DNA of 62,897 bases, the filler included, from Lenisia limosa (lineage: Eukaryota; Protista; Breviatea), in the NCBI GenBank assembly GCA_001655205.1. It is 12 parts of 12 records of this genome, joined end to end, with 100 filler letters (N's around TTAATTAATTAA, not from the genome) between each part and the next. Parts side by side here need not be neighbours in the genome. Positions count along the whole stretch, not along the records: positions 4,632 to 23,463 come from LPNZ01008368.1; positions 23,564 to 24,840 come from LPNZ01004279.1; 10 more parts are not named here. The stretch is one strand, 5' to 3'. The notes under the pieces are model-generated. The model saw nothing but the letters and a program-made list of their open reading frames with translations, did no database searches and was not told the DNA's origin. A program made the translations under genes and the position numbers. Below, in pieces: positions 11,872 through 24,838 of the stretch (position 1 is its first letter; each line of letters opens with the position of its first letter).

Positions 11872-14800
11872 CAAGAGCTTCAGATCCGAAACAGAAGAAA
11901 ATTCCGTCTGAAGCACTCAGTGTATTCCTCGCAACTTTCAGGAATCATTCGTCAGTTTTGTCGGTTATTATTTCATGCTGCTCTCTGTTTTTGTTATTGT
12001 AACCATCCCAGAACTTCAGGCCATTATTCGAGGCTTCCTGGGAAGAGTGGAATTCAAAGAAGTATTGAGAGAACAGTTTGTGGATTATTTGTAACTTTAT
12101 TGCCATTCACAATCTTGACTTCCTTTAGTTCGGCAACCGTGATTCAACGAGCTTGGCACTCCTACAAAACGCGCGAGTGGTTTATCAAGGTAAAAATAAG
12201 CCTTCCACTCAGTCTTCATTGTTTTTATTGTTGTTACCTTTACTTCAATATGCCTTCCTCAACCTTTCAGATGATGCGGTCAGTGAGAATCGCCCAGAGA
12301 GTAACGCGAGGCTTTATTGAAAGGAGGCGTTTCAAAAAGTTCAGGAAAATGGTGGGTGTTCTCAACCATTGTGTGTTTATTTGTTTCATAAATTTTCCAA
12401 TTTTACCCCCCCACCACCACCACCAGGCATGGCATCGCGCCAAAGTCGTAGAAGAAATCCTGTCTTCTGAACGTGTGTACTGCAACCAACTTGCTGCTAT
12501 TCGTGATGTCTTCTACGGGCCCATGCTTGATGATAACCTCATTGATGAAAAAGGTTGGTTCCGAAGAGTTCCGTAATATGTTTTCCAGTAGCTCATCGCT
12601 AATCGCGTCATTTTTGGTCCGGTTTGGGTCAAATATACTGTAATTGGGGCGTCTCTGTACGATGACGGGTTGTACCAGGGGTATATTCCTGAAATCCGCG
12701 AATTTGAAAGGACAAGAAATGTATTTATCTAAAAACAATTTCGATATTATGGAAAAAACTTGCATCGGGAAATTAAATGGGGGTATCGCTTTCGGCTACG
12801 GTCATACTCTGGGGGCCATCGCGCATCCCGTCCGCTCTGCGAACGCAAGCCCCAGCAGGCCTTGGTAGTACTGACGNNNNNNNNNNNNNNNNNNNNNNNN
12901 NNNNNNNNNNNNNNNNNNNNNNNNNNNNNNNNNNNNNNNNNNNNNNNNNNNNNNNNNNNNNNNNNNNNNNNNNNNNNNNNNNNNNNNNNNNNNNNNNNNN
13001 TAACATTTCGGAGATCTCTTCCCTTTCCTCTCAACTGCTCAACAAGCTTGTGGACAGAATCGAATCCAACACCTATACCAACGCTCATAGTGTCATTAGT
13101 GAGTTCCCAAGGGACAAGGGGTTTTTTGGTCGCCGTTCTCTCTTTGTTACATACATATTCTTCATTAGGCTTTGTTTTTACCGAAACAGGTGACATTTTT
13201 GAAGAAATCGCACCCTCCCTTGAAGCCTACACCTCTTATGTCAACAATTACAACAATAGCCTCATGACATTGGCCGACCTGCGTGCACGACCAGATGTGG
13301 AAGAAGTTAAGGGGGGGGGGGGGTTNNNNNNNNNNNNNNNNNNNNNNNNNNNNNNNNNNNNNNNNNNNNNNNNNNNNNNNNNNNNNNNNNNNNNNNNNNN
13401 NNNNNNNNNNNNNNNNNNNNNNNNNNNNNNNNNNNNNNNNNNNNNNNNNNNNNNNNTGCCCAAACCATTGTTTACCCCTTTTAGTTTGTCCTTAAAGCCG
13501 AATCGGACAGCGCTGCTCTCGGCTTGGGCCTCTCGGATCTCTTGATCACACCTGTCCAGGTTTGTCACTGTAACCAGACTGTATAGCTCTCCATCTTTGC
13601 TCTGATACGGATATTATTTGTTCTATTGCACAAGAGAGTGTATACCACCTCACCTTCCAGAGATGCCCCCGCTACATTATGCTTCTCAGTGATCTCATGA
13701 AGGTTTGTACGAGATTTAGAAATTCGCTCTAAACCTTCACTCCCAACAGAACTCATGGCCGGAACACCCCGACAGACAAGGCCTAAGTGTGGCTGTGGCA
13801 GCCGTTCAGACCCTCACTACCTACATTAACACACAAAAGGTGGATAATTGCACATTCTGATCTTCTTAAGCTTGGCTGAACCCAAATTATTATTATTCAG
13901 GCTGATTCTGAGAATGTGCTCCGCGTAATGAACATTATTGAGTCGTATAAGAATCCTCCTCCAGAAGCAGTGAGTGGTTTGTCTCATATTTTATTAGTAC
14001 ACTATCAAGTATTCTCCTCATTACATTCCATACCTCAGTTTACTCTCTGTAGTCGAGAAATCGGTCCACCCGTCGTGTTGTTGTGGAGGCCGACTGTCTT
14101 TTCGTAAGATGGGTTACGCTTCTCATTTCTTCCCGTTCATTCTCCCTATCTAATGCTGAGTTCATGGTACAAATATACTTTGTATATTATATTGTGTATG
14201 ATATAGTATATCATATCATATTATATTGTGTATGATATAGTATATCATATGATATTCTATACTAGAAAGTATAGTATATTCCATACCGTTTACTCCCCCC
14301 CTTAGGGCAAAGTTGGCGATACGAGCACCAAGAGACGGCATATTGTGGTCTTCAATGACGCTGTCGTCATCGGTGAAAGGCAGAAAAGCATGTTCGGGTG
14401 GGGTGGGGGTGACACAGCTCTTCTAGCTGTTTTGCTTGCTTCTATGGATTGTGTCGACAGATCATGTTTTCTTACATCTGCAGCTCCAAGGTGTCTATGA
14501 AGATGCTGAAGTGGTACGACATTCGAAGCTGTCAGGCGGTATCGTCCTTCAAACGAGTGAAGGGTGAAGGTGGGAAGCTGGTTTGTCTTCTGTGAAAAAA
14601 CCTGTTTTTTTTTTTGTTTTTTTTTTCTATTATAGATACTCACGCTTTAGAAATGGACCATCCTGTTGGCTTGGTCACGCCGGAGTCTAAAGTGGAAGGC
14701 ACCGCGTCTCATGTGATCTATCTCAGCAGTGGTATGACAATCGAAGAACCTGCTGTTGAATCAGACAGACATATATATATTTATCTTTTAATCCCTCCCC

Positions 14801-15811
14801 TCCCCCAGCCATTGACACTAATGAGTGGTATGATAGTGTTCCGCGCGCAGTTGCGTCAGCGCTCAGTGGAACGGAATTCAAGGCCCCTACACGACAGAAA
14901 ATTGAAAAAGTGAGATGTGTCTTCAATATCAACTGTCTACTTTGTTTATTTTCCCGTTGTTATCATTTTAGATGGTGGCCATGTACAACTTCAACGCACC
15001 CATGTCTGATGAGCTCCCTTTCAAAGTGAGAGTCCTATTGAGATAAATAGCGCTATTTACTACTTTACACCTTTCAGGAAGGAGATGTGATTGCGATCAC
15101 CGACCGAAGTTGTGGTGTACAAGGCTACGTTAAAGGACAGGTGAGGGTATATATATACTAATATGCGCTATTTGGGGGTATGTAGTCAGGACATAATTCA
15201 AATGTATGTATGGCAATGGGGGTATGTCCCTATTTCTGGGAGCAAAATGTATATTGCAATTTTATCTTCTTTTTTTTTTACCCTTGTTTTTTAAAAAAAG
15301 TGACAAAAATTACCGGAAATATAATTGGTGAACCTCTTAAGATTATTGATGGTCAGATTCACCTGTTTTTTTTTTCATTTTTTTTTTTTTGAACAATTTG
15401 AAGTAAAAGCACACAATTGTCTTTTGGAAAATTTTATAATTATATACTACATGTAATATGTATATATCATATATTTCATTTGTATATCTGGCATTGTATA
15501 TTATATGTAATGTATACATATATGATGGGGTATGGGGGGTATTATGTCTGAAACCAAAAACCAAAAAAAAAACTACATATCTCGATATATATATATCATA
15601 TATATAGTATATTTGACGTTGACCCTGAGTTACTGGGCCCTTATAGAACAAGAGTCTGGAGCACATCATTTGGGCTGTAAAAAAACAGGATAATTCTCAC
15701 TGACTTCTTCAGCTAAATGGTCGAATGGGGATATTCCCTGAGAGGTACGTTTCCAGCATCCGAAACATCAATGCCTCTAAATCCATGTATCGACGGACTG
15801 TTCAAAGGTAG
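11872..15811 (+). CDS. IQ motifs + RhoGEF (DH) + PH + SH3 module; no own start codon, probably C-terminus of the TPC gene
   Basis: IQ: IIQLQAIIRGFLGR, TVIQRAWHSY, IAQRVTRGFIER; DH: RAKVVEEILSSERVY, GDIFEEIAPSLEAYTSYVNNY, LSDLLITPVQRCPRYIMLLSDL; PH: RHIVVFNDAVVI; SH3: VAMYNFNAPMSDELPFKEGDVI...LNGRMGIFPERYV; TAG at 15809-15811. Confidence 0.9.
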
Positions 15812-15992
15812 ACAATACTTAGTGTTTGTAGCTGTATATTTTGGGTTAATGTTTCTCGCTTTCTTATAATTTTGGTTTGTATTTAACTTACTTTCTTTAT
15901 CGTTTTGATAACTTTTGTTGAAATAATTAATACTATAATACATAAATGAACATAAAACATACTATAATACATACACAAGCACCCCAGCATCA

Positions 15993-18900
15993 CTAAATAA
16001 GAGTCATGCAGTTGTCCGAAGTAACCATTGACTCATAACCAAATTCCGACGACCCAACAACCTCCGTTTCCATTGACTCATGCTATGGGGTTAGTGAAGA
16101 CAGGTTTTTGAGAGCAAGAGGCAGCAGTCCTCTTCAACCAACCTGTGGTGACTCCAAACCAGTATCAAAGTCAGATGAAATTTCCAAAACACTACTGCTG
16201 CTATTACTTCCTAAAACCATAAATTCGGATGATAATTCTAATTGTGGCCGGTCACCTAACCAGATGATAAGTCGCTTTTAGCTTCTTGGAAGTCGACTTT
16301 GGAATGAATGTTACGTTCAGAAGCGGTTATCTCTAAAACATTAGTTGAAACATTCGCGCTCCTAAAACAGGCATCTCACCTTGGTAGACGGCCAACACAC
16401 ACAGGAAGAACGTGGATATGAAGACGAGCAGAACAAGAATAACCATGATGGTGAGCTCTGTAATAGTGAAAACATTGGGTAAGAGAGATGCCTCTCACCG
16501 AATCCCTCAGGCTGTGAATGGAGGAAGAGGTAACTGATCGCCAGGCTGAACTAAAAGACATGACCAATTTCCTCAATATCTTTTTACAGGGAATCAAAGC
16601 TTGAGTCTTCAAGAGCCCATTCCAACCAAAGAGCTCAGGCATGTTGCATTCTCAAGGCGGTTTACGGCCGAGGAGATATATGGGGTGTTTTCAGCCTGGA
16701 CTACGAGACTTGCCATTAACACCAAAAGAGCAAGGAATATCTGGCAGGAGGAGGGGGGAGGGGGTCAACGGCAATGGCAATAAGAGTATGAATAAACACG
16801 GCTTAGGTAGAGACTGTGAGAATATCATCCATATTTTGTGCATACCTGAATGTTAGGGTTGGCTGAGAAAACACGGACAGCCACGGCCATGCAAAGAGAC
16901 CGACAGAAGAGGATCAGCTCCCATAGATAGAACTGAGGCCGGAACCTCAGGTACATAGGACCAAGCCTGATTAAATGAGACTTTCGTGCATATGATGTCA
17001 GACTAAATTCAGATAAGGGGGGTCTTGTTTAGGTTTGTCAACTAGTGTGCAGTCGATGAAGAATTTCCAGGAGGGGGTCATAAAATTAAGCGAAAAACAA
17101 CAACAAAAACAACAAAAAAAACCAATATCCCCCCCCCCCCCNNNNNNNNNNNNNNNNNNNNNNNNNNNNNNNNNNNNNNNNNNNNNNNNNNNNNNNNNNN
17201 NNNNNNNNNNNNNNNNNNNNNNNNNNNNNNNNNNNNNNNNNNNNNNNNNNNNNNNNNNNNNNNNNNNNNNNNNNNNNNNNNNNNNNNNNNNNNNNNAAGA
17301 GGATGATGCCAACAACCCCAGGTACTCCAACAACGAAAACCACCACACACAGCACGGCCTTCCACATTTCTGCCATGTGCGTTCCTTCAAAACACGTGAT
17401 CGAGGGCTCTGCGGAGATAAATATGTTGCTTTTAAAGGATCGGATAAGTGCTTTTTTTAAGACAGCTTCATGGTCCGAAGGTAGATATTTGTTTGATATT
17501 TTTCCACAATTTGTTAAAAATGCTACTTTATGACCAAAGCGAAGTCCTACTTATCACTAGGGCTTCACCGGTAAAATATCGATAGTTTTCGAGGATATCT
17601 TTTTTCGAACCGAAGTGAAGCCCTATCAATGAAGAATTCCATCGAACCTTTACGTAGGCGCCAGTGGCCGTCAGAGTCGTAAGTGCAGTCGAAGTACGTC
17701 ATAGTTGCCATTGTGACTGGGAAATATGTCACTGACAACACCAGAAGAACAGTGCGTGTGAAGGTTATTCTGGAGGGTGTAAAAAGGACAATGGGTTTTG
17801 GGGATGATTAACTACAGAAAAAAAATGTATTAGAGAGATTGAACATTATTATACATCGTACCCACTTGGCCATTTGCGCATCAAAGGTGATTTGCGTGAC
17901 AAGATAGATAAGCGTCAAGATGAGTAGAACAATCGGGATTATGGTCATTTGCAACAGGTAAGTTGACATGAAGTCTACTTTTCCTATCCTGGGAGGGGGG
18001 GGGGGNNNNNNNNNNNNNNNNNNNNNNNNNNNNNNNNNNNNNNNNNNNNNNNNNNNNNNNNNNNNNNNNNNNNNNNNNNNNNNNNNNNNNNNNNNNNNNN
18101 NNNNNNNNNNNNNNNNNNNNNNNNNNNNNNNNNNNNNNNNNNNNNNNNNNNNNNNAGAAAGTAGGGAGGGGGGCAAAAAAAACCAAGACTAGCGTCTGAT
18201 AGTTTGATATTGATTAAACACTGTTAAAAAATAGAAATATAATTATATATTTATCTGTATATAATATATGATATGTATTATATGATATGAAGTATATACT
18301 ATCACATAAAGAGCTTTTGAGAGACCCAAAAGGATTTGTACTTCGCAATTAGAGAAGAAACACCCCCCCCCCCCCAACTGGCATTCCGGTTGTNNNNNNN
18401 NNNNNNNNNNNNNNNNNNNNNNNNNNNNNNNNNNNNNNNNNNNNNNNNNNNNNNNNNNNNNNNNNNNNNNNNNNNNNNNNNNNNNNNNNNNNNNNNNNNN
18501 NNNNNNNNNNNNNNNNNNNNNAGGGAGTGTAAGAATATCCGGCAAACGTTGTATAAAGTGGCCAGGGTAGCAGGCCATCTTATGTCAAATTGTCCGTAGA
18601 GACTCGTCACCTGTTGAGTAAAACAAGAATATGGGGGGGGGGTGGGTTACCTTCTTTGGTACTTATAGCGAGACAACACAATCTCAGAGTTGAACAAAGA
18701 AATTAACTACACAGAAGATTCGGTCCCTTTCCCCATACCTGAATAAACTGTATAGCCACCCGAGTAGCTGCAAGCCGTGACGAGCTCTCTTCAGCGTCCC
18801 AATTGGCAGCAAAGATGATGACAGTGATAAGGAAGAGGGCAGCACCGCAGAGGGGAAGAAGAAGGGGCGACAGTCGCTCACATGGCTGTGGGTGCATCAG

Positions 18901-21900
18901 AGAAGGAAATGCTTCATATTATATCGTATAGTGTAAATAATATGGATAAAATACAAAGCAGTGGATGCAGCAAGTCATAATCGGTCCCAAAGCCCCTCCC
19001 TCTCACCAAACACTCCTCGGCTCTTTTATAGTAGTTGTCCTCACATTGGCCACAAAGAAATCCCGTATAACCGTCAGCACATTTGGAGGCTCCAAGACAC
19101 CCCGTACTACAGAATAAGCTTCACTGATCTAATGGGCTGAGCTCAACAAGGCAATTCCCATCCATCAACCTGCTGGATGGACACTCCACAAATATCGCTT
19201 CGTTACTAGCGTAGAAACCCGGCATGGCTTCGGGTTGGGCCATTCCTCCGGCACACACCGCTCCCTACACATCGTTATTTAATGCCATCCATTAATAAAA
19301 AGCAGTGCTTCATTAACAGCACCTTGGGAACGGCGAGGGTTGTGTTAAACAAACTTAGCAACACAAGTTCTTCCACCCACATTTGGGCACTCCAAGCACT
19401 TCACCTGATCACTGACTTCGGAACTATAACGGTCAATGCCGATCAAAAAAAAAAAAAAAGAAAACTGGTCATAAAAAAAAAAATANNNNNNNNNNNNNNN
19501 NNNNNNNNNNNNNNNNNNNNNNNNNNNNNNNNNNNNNNNNNNNNNNNNNNNNNACCCTCCTCTGCCCACTCTTGGAACCAGCCCGGATTACAAGAGCAAT
19601 GCTCATCGGTCTTCGCACCCACAACGTCAGACGCGGAGTTATCGGGACACAGGGTGCAGCGCGGGCCTATGCTATAAGAACTTGTTTAAGGAATTGCTGG
19701 ATACAAAAAGAGATGAGAAATAAAAACTGGTCGTATCGCGGGATAGGCAGAGCAATACAAATGGAATTGATCCGACCATCGTTAAAGCCTCGGAAGGAGC
19801 CAGGAGGGCACGGCTGGCACTTCGAGTTCGGATCCAAATAGGAGCCCGCAATGCATTGACAGCTGGACTCACTGGATAGTTAAACTGGAATTGAAATTGA
19901 AAATGTGTCAAAATCTCATAGTATATCGATGTACATATATATACATGTATACCATCACTGACACCATCCCCTCCCCCCTACGCATCACCAAGGCGTTGAG
20001 AATAAACGGGGCAAATGCAGTCATTTACAGAGAGGGATGCGGTAGTAGCTGTAGTGGCACGGTCACCGAGGCATTCGGTACATGCCTAATAAGGTAATAT
20101 GGAACAAACATAGTGGAAATCACAACATATAGTATACTAATATATATATATAGTATATCATATATTTATATATTTTGTTCAAGACTTATCCCGGTTACTG
20201 TATATTATACTAAACGAGTGCGAAGTATGGTAATCATCCAATAAAATCTTTTATGACCCTCTCAGAAAGCCTACTGTGTTACCATTGGTCGTCTTGTAGA
20301 ACCCCTTTTGGCATGGCAGACAGGCTCCAAAAGCTCCGGGTTCAAAACCTGACTTACACTCGCATCCCTCAACGCCAACTACTTGGTCCACCTGGCAGAG
20401 TACACACTTCTTGTTGAGCATGAAGCCCTCCCTAAAGAATGAAACAAAAAGAGATTAAAAAATAAGGTTAATATCATTGTCAATAAGCTTTCAAAACAGA
20501 ATTCAGAACGTTTGAATTTAAATAACCTAGAACATGACATATATCATACTTAATATCATATGATATGTTTGTTGAGAAAAGTTATGAGTCCCACTCACAA
20601 GCATTGGCAACGGACAGGGTCAGCGGTTGAATTGCTGCCTTCAGGACAAACACATTCGTCAACTGTGATACTCCCGATACTACATAATAAAACTGAGAAA
20701 AGAGATGCACTGGTCAAAAATCCCCTATTCCCTCTTGTATTGTGAGGAAATGCCTTCTGATAGGCTTGAAAATGAAAAAAAACCTCCATGTACGTGAGAG
20801 TAGTCAGATCACCCAGGCACTCGGTACAGGTGCCTCTCGAGGCTACGGGTGCGTAAAATGAGAGACCACAGGGGCTGCAGATGTTGGTGTCTGGGTCGAG
20901 TTCAAAGCCTACACCGTGATATGCTGATAAGTAGGTTTTACACATTAAGAATTCAATGTTTTCTGTATCAATAGAAGAGATATAGATTTTCACTTTGTCT
21001 GGGATGGAAGTAACGCGAATCTCCAGGTTACCCTTAACGCATTGGCAGCTTGCAAGGTCCAAGCCTTCGGAGGATGTTGAGTTGACGGGACAGTTCTGAC
21101 AGACCTGCCCAGTATACTCAGTATTGGCAGGACATGTGCATTCAGAGGGTTCTNNNNNNNNNNNNNNNNNNNNNNNNNNNNNNNNNNNNNNNNNNNNNNN
21201 NNNNNNNNNNNNNNNNNNNTTGATGCTTGGCATAAACAGGGTTTTATTTTTTAGAGAAAGTCGCAATACGATTGAGAATTGAATGTCCATACCTCCTTTG
21301 CTATTGAAAACGAGTTTGAAAGTATCAGCACAGACACAATCATCTAGAAAGATCACGACGAGGCACAGAAGTTTGAAGTCATAAAAAGCAGAAAACAAAA
21401 AGAGAAAGCTGACCGAAACTTGAAGATCCCGAAGGAGCAGAAGCGTAAGAGTAGCCACAGGAAGAACAGTACTACAACATCAGAAAAAAATGGTGTTACT
21501 CTGACGACTTACCCCAGAGCCTTTCTCGTGTTTATTGCTCCATCCAATTCACAAAGTGAGCCCATACACGGCAGAACAAGACATCAACCCTCCCCATATT
21601 AACCCATCTTCACTTCCTCCCTCCCACTGATTGCCCCCAGTCCTCTTCATCCGCAAAGGTCTGGTTCTTAAAGGAGTCACGAGGACAATTGGTGCACTCT
21701 CTAGAGCTGACGTCCATGAACTGTCCGAGGCCACATGCGCACCGATCTCCTACAGCAAAGGAACCTGGGGGGGGGGGAGTAAAATTGGAAAATTTATGAA
21801 ACAAAAAGAGCCCAAATAAACTCTGTTGGCTGACAATACAGAAAGGTTGATAACAACAAAACATACAAAGCCCAGGCCAGTCGCTTTNNNNNNNNNNNNN

Positions 21901-23463
21901 NNNNNNNNNNNNNNNNNNNNNNNNNNNNNNNNNNNNNNNNNNNNNNNNNNNNNNNNNNNNNNNNNNNNNNNNAAGCAACAACAAACATGAGCAACCAACA
22001 CTAGAACAAGACAAAAACACAAAAACAAAAACAAGCCCGAGCCAGCCTTTGAACGCAGTTAGGGAAATGTTAAAAAAATCCGACTTATTAACGGCCACAA
22101 CCCAATCATAACGCTTAGAGCCGTCCCAAGCATATCAGAGCGCGGACCAGACAATACTTCAGAAAGAATCTCTACAAGCAAACTGTGACTATTCTAAACC
22201 ATACTGATGCTGAGCAAAAAAGTAGCAATGGTACAATAAAAGGGTTGGCTGGGTAAACAAAAAGCACAAAACAAAACAAAACACACATACAGCAAACATT
22301 GAAATCGAAACAACAACACACAAAACAAAACAAAGGGACACAAGTCAAAGGTTAGAGGAGAACTTCAGAGCTAAAACAGCCCTTTCAGTGATATCAAAGC
22401 CTCAGATCATGGGTGGTGATCTTGTTTCCAGGGTCAAAGCCACCCCCCCCCCCTAACCAGAAAACATAGAAGGACACGAGGCAGCAGTTACATTGTGAAT
22501 CTGAAAGGTCAGGATAAACATCACTGTCTGCCTATTAAACTGTATCTCATATGATATTGTATACTATGTAATATATGTCTTTATAAAAAGCAAACTCATT
22601 CAACTGTATTACATTAGCTGCTGCATGAATTGGCAACACACCCTCTCACATCAAGACTTGAAAGGACAAGGTTGTTCATGGAGATGATTGAGAGCTGGAA
22701 AATGAGAAGGTGTCTTATCACAGAACTCCTCCTCCTCCCTCCCAACTGAGTAAATGCCACCTTGCGCCAGCCTAAAAGAAACATCATTGAAAACGGCTGT
22801 GCCATCAAGGGAACAGTGAACCGCGGTGTTAGCAGAGGAGAGTGGCTCCGGGGACACACTAATCTGAAGTTGGCAGTCCCCAGCTGTCGAATTGCCTTCA
22901 AAGACCGTCTGAGAGGGGGGAAATGTCACGTATATAATTATACGACTAGTATGTATAGGTTGGATTTAGTTAAGGTCAACAAACAATATCATAATCTTAG
23001 TCCAACCTGGACTTGAAGTGAAAAGCTATCGAGTCCAATGACTAAGGGAATCGCAGTTGTTACCTGAAGGGAAAATAAGCTTTTGCTCTTTTGGCTATGA
23101 AACATTTGTATTAATATAGGTGAGTTCATCCACTCCCAAAAAATAACACCAACCTCAATTGCCCTCGGCGATGACGTTGTTACCTGCAATGTGTGAGGAG
23201 TTGTTCCAAAGTAAAAAAAAGCACAGAACTAATCCAACCTTTACTGGAGAGGTGACAACATGAAGGGAATCCTGAAGAATGAGAAGGAAGGGAGGGGTAA
23301 ATTGAATTGAGGTCAACTGTACATCGAGAAAATAAACTTGTTTTGCCATTAAAAGAATAGCAATAAAGAAGACCAGTCAAATCTATCAACCCAACAAACC
23401 TGTGTGATGGCAACATTGGTCAAAGAGGGTGCAATACTAGGCTCAATAGGACATCTCGCAAGC
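15993..23463 (-). CDS. Large surface protein with GCC2/GCC3 (ephrin-receptor-like) Cys-rich repeats and a C-terminal multipass TM region; 5' truncated
   Basis: Repeats such as CSPCGLSFYAP...CTECLGD, CQPCPPGSF, CLPCQKGFYK; CADGYTGFLCGQCEDNYY; TM segments QFDIRWPATL, YFPVTMATMTYFDC, EPSITCF, LGPMYLRFRPQFYLWELI. Confidence 0.8.
17560..17623. mobile_element. MITE family A (TIR GGGCTTCAC...GTGAAGCCC), internally deleted copy
   Basis: TA|GGGCTTCAC...CGAACCGAAGTGAAGCCC|TA. Confidence 0.75.
21766..21880 (-). repeat. Repeat family E (acceptor-abutting), full copy
   Basis: CTGGGCTTTGT...TGTCAGCCAACAGAGTTTATTTGGGCTCTTTTTGTTTCATAAATTTTCCAATTTTAC(C)nAG ending at an intron acceptor. Confidence 0.85.
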
Positions 23464-23609
23464 NNNNNNNNNNNNNNNNNNNNNNNNNNNNNNNNNNNNN
23501 NNNNNNNTTAATTAATTAANNNNNNNNNNNNNNNNNNNNNNNNNNNNNNNNNNNNNNNNNNNNCCCCCCCCCCGCACCTCCTTTTTCGAGTTGAGGGGCA
23601 TAGTAGTTA

Positions 23610-24838
23610 CCTGCACAGAGGACTTCAGAGCATGAAGCTCATCTTCAATTCGGGCAACCTGGAGGGGGTAAACGAAGGATCATTATGTGGGTGGTGAGAC
23701 ACTACGGCGCATCAACTTGGGATTCTTGTGAAAACGTTGGAATTCCCATATTTTACATGGAAATCCCATGGAATTTGAAGACATGTATGGGATTCACATA
23801 AAATATAAGGGCATCCCAAGTCGATGTGCCGCAGTGTAAAAAGAAGGAAGGGGACGAAGGGGAGTTGTAAAAATGGAGAATATATGGGTGACAGTATTTA
23901 GAGATTCGGATTATTGGATTTTCTGAGGGGTAAGGGGGGGGGGGGGGNNNNNNNNNNNNNNNNNNNNNNNNNNNNNNNNNNNNNNNNNNNNNNNNNNNNN
24001 NNNNNNNNNNACACATGATGGTTGAAAAACAAAACAAATAAAGCCCGATGAAAAGGGTAGCTTGAGATTGAAGTTCGTATTCTAGTGGCTACCAGGGTAA
24101 AACGAAAGGAAAAATGTTGCGGGGAGTAAAATGACGGAAATTACTACTTGACATGGACAATTGATGAAACACAGAAGCACCAAAGCTCTTTGACTAGGGT
24201 TTCATTTCGGTTCGAAAAAAGACTGAATTTGTCGATAAATCTTCAAAAACTATCGATATTTTACCAGACTTTTTCAAACCGAAGTGAAGCTCTTATGACA
24301 AACCTTAGTCTGAAGAACCTGCTTTTGCTGGGAGAGAACAATTGCTTGTGACCTAAAAAAATAAAAAAATCCAAGTTGACTCTGGCTGAGACTGGATCAT
24401 GGTATATGGCAGACGCTGTCCACACCATCACGCTTATAAGAGTAATTTGAGCCCAATAAACTCACTTCTCAAGATAAAATGTGACCGATTTTCCCAAGGG
24501 TAAAGTTGATGGCAGTCAAGACTTACCACAATCAATGTACATGTCATTAGCGATATACAGTGACATATAGCAATGAGAAATTAAAAACAAGGTTGTATAT
24601 ATGCCGAAGCCGTCCACACCACCATGCTTATACTATCAATAAACTTAAAAGACAACAGCAATAGAGCAGTATACAATGACAATAAAAAAAACAGAGTATA
24701 AAAAAACATCTCCATCCACGCACTTGAGATGTCTAATGTCGGAAGTGCAATCAACCCTTGTAGTAGGGCGTGCAGCTAAAGTGCGTTCGCGCGCGTGTAA
24801 AGTGGCGTAGCGTTGCGCGTGAGAGGCATGTTCTTCCT
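23610..24838 (-). CDS. Fragment of unknown spliced coiled-coil protein
   Basis: Exon-like VARIEDELHALKSSVQ (23610-23658) and KEEHASHAQRYATLHARERTLAARPTTR (~24755-24838) with GT/AG flanks. Confidence 0.35.
23700..23836. mobile_element. MITE family F
   Basis: CACTACGGCGCATCAACTTGGGAT...ATCCCAAGTCGATGTGCCGCAGTG|TA; interior matches the 41817 copy. Confidence 0.82.
24197..24292. mobile_element. MITE family A
   Basis: GGGTTTCATTTCGGTTCGAAAAAAGACTG...TTTTTCAAACCGAAGTGAAGC. Confidence 0.8.

Noticed and set aside
12554-12566. Apparent 13-nt micro-intron giving DEK|EFRNMFS
   Set aside because: Shorter than known spliceosomal introns, and the next visible exon (13001, T-AAC-ATT) lacks the AG this join needs; the missing residues likely lie in the gap
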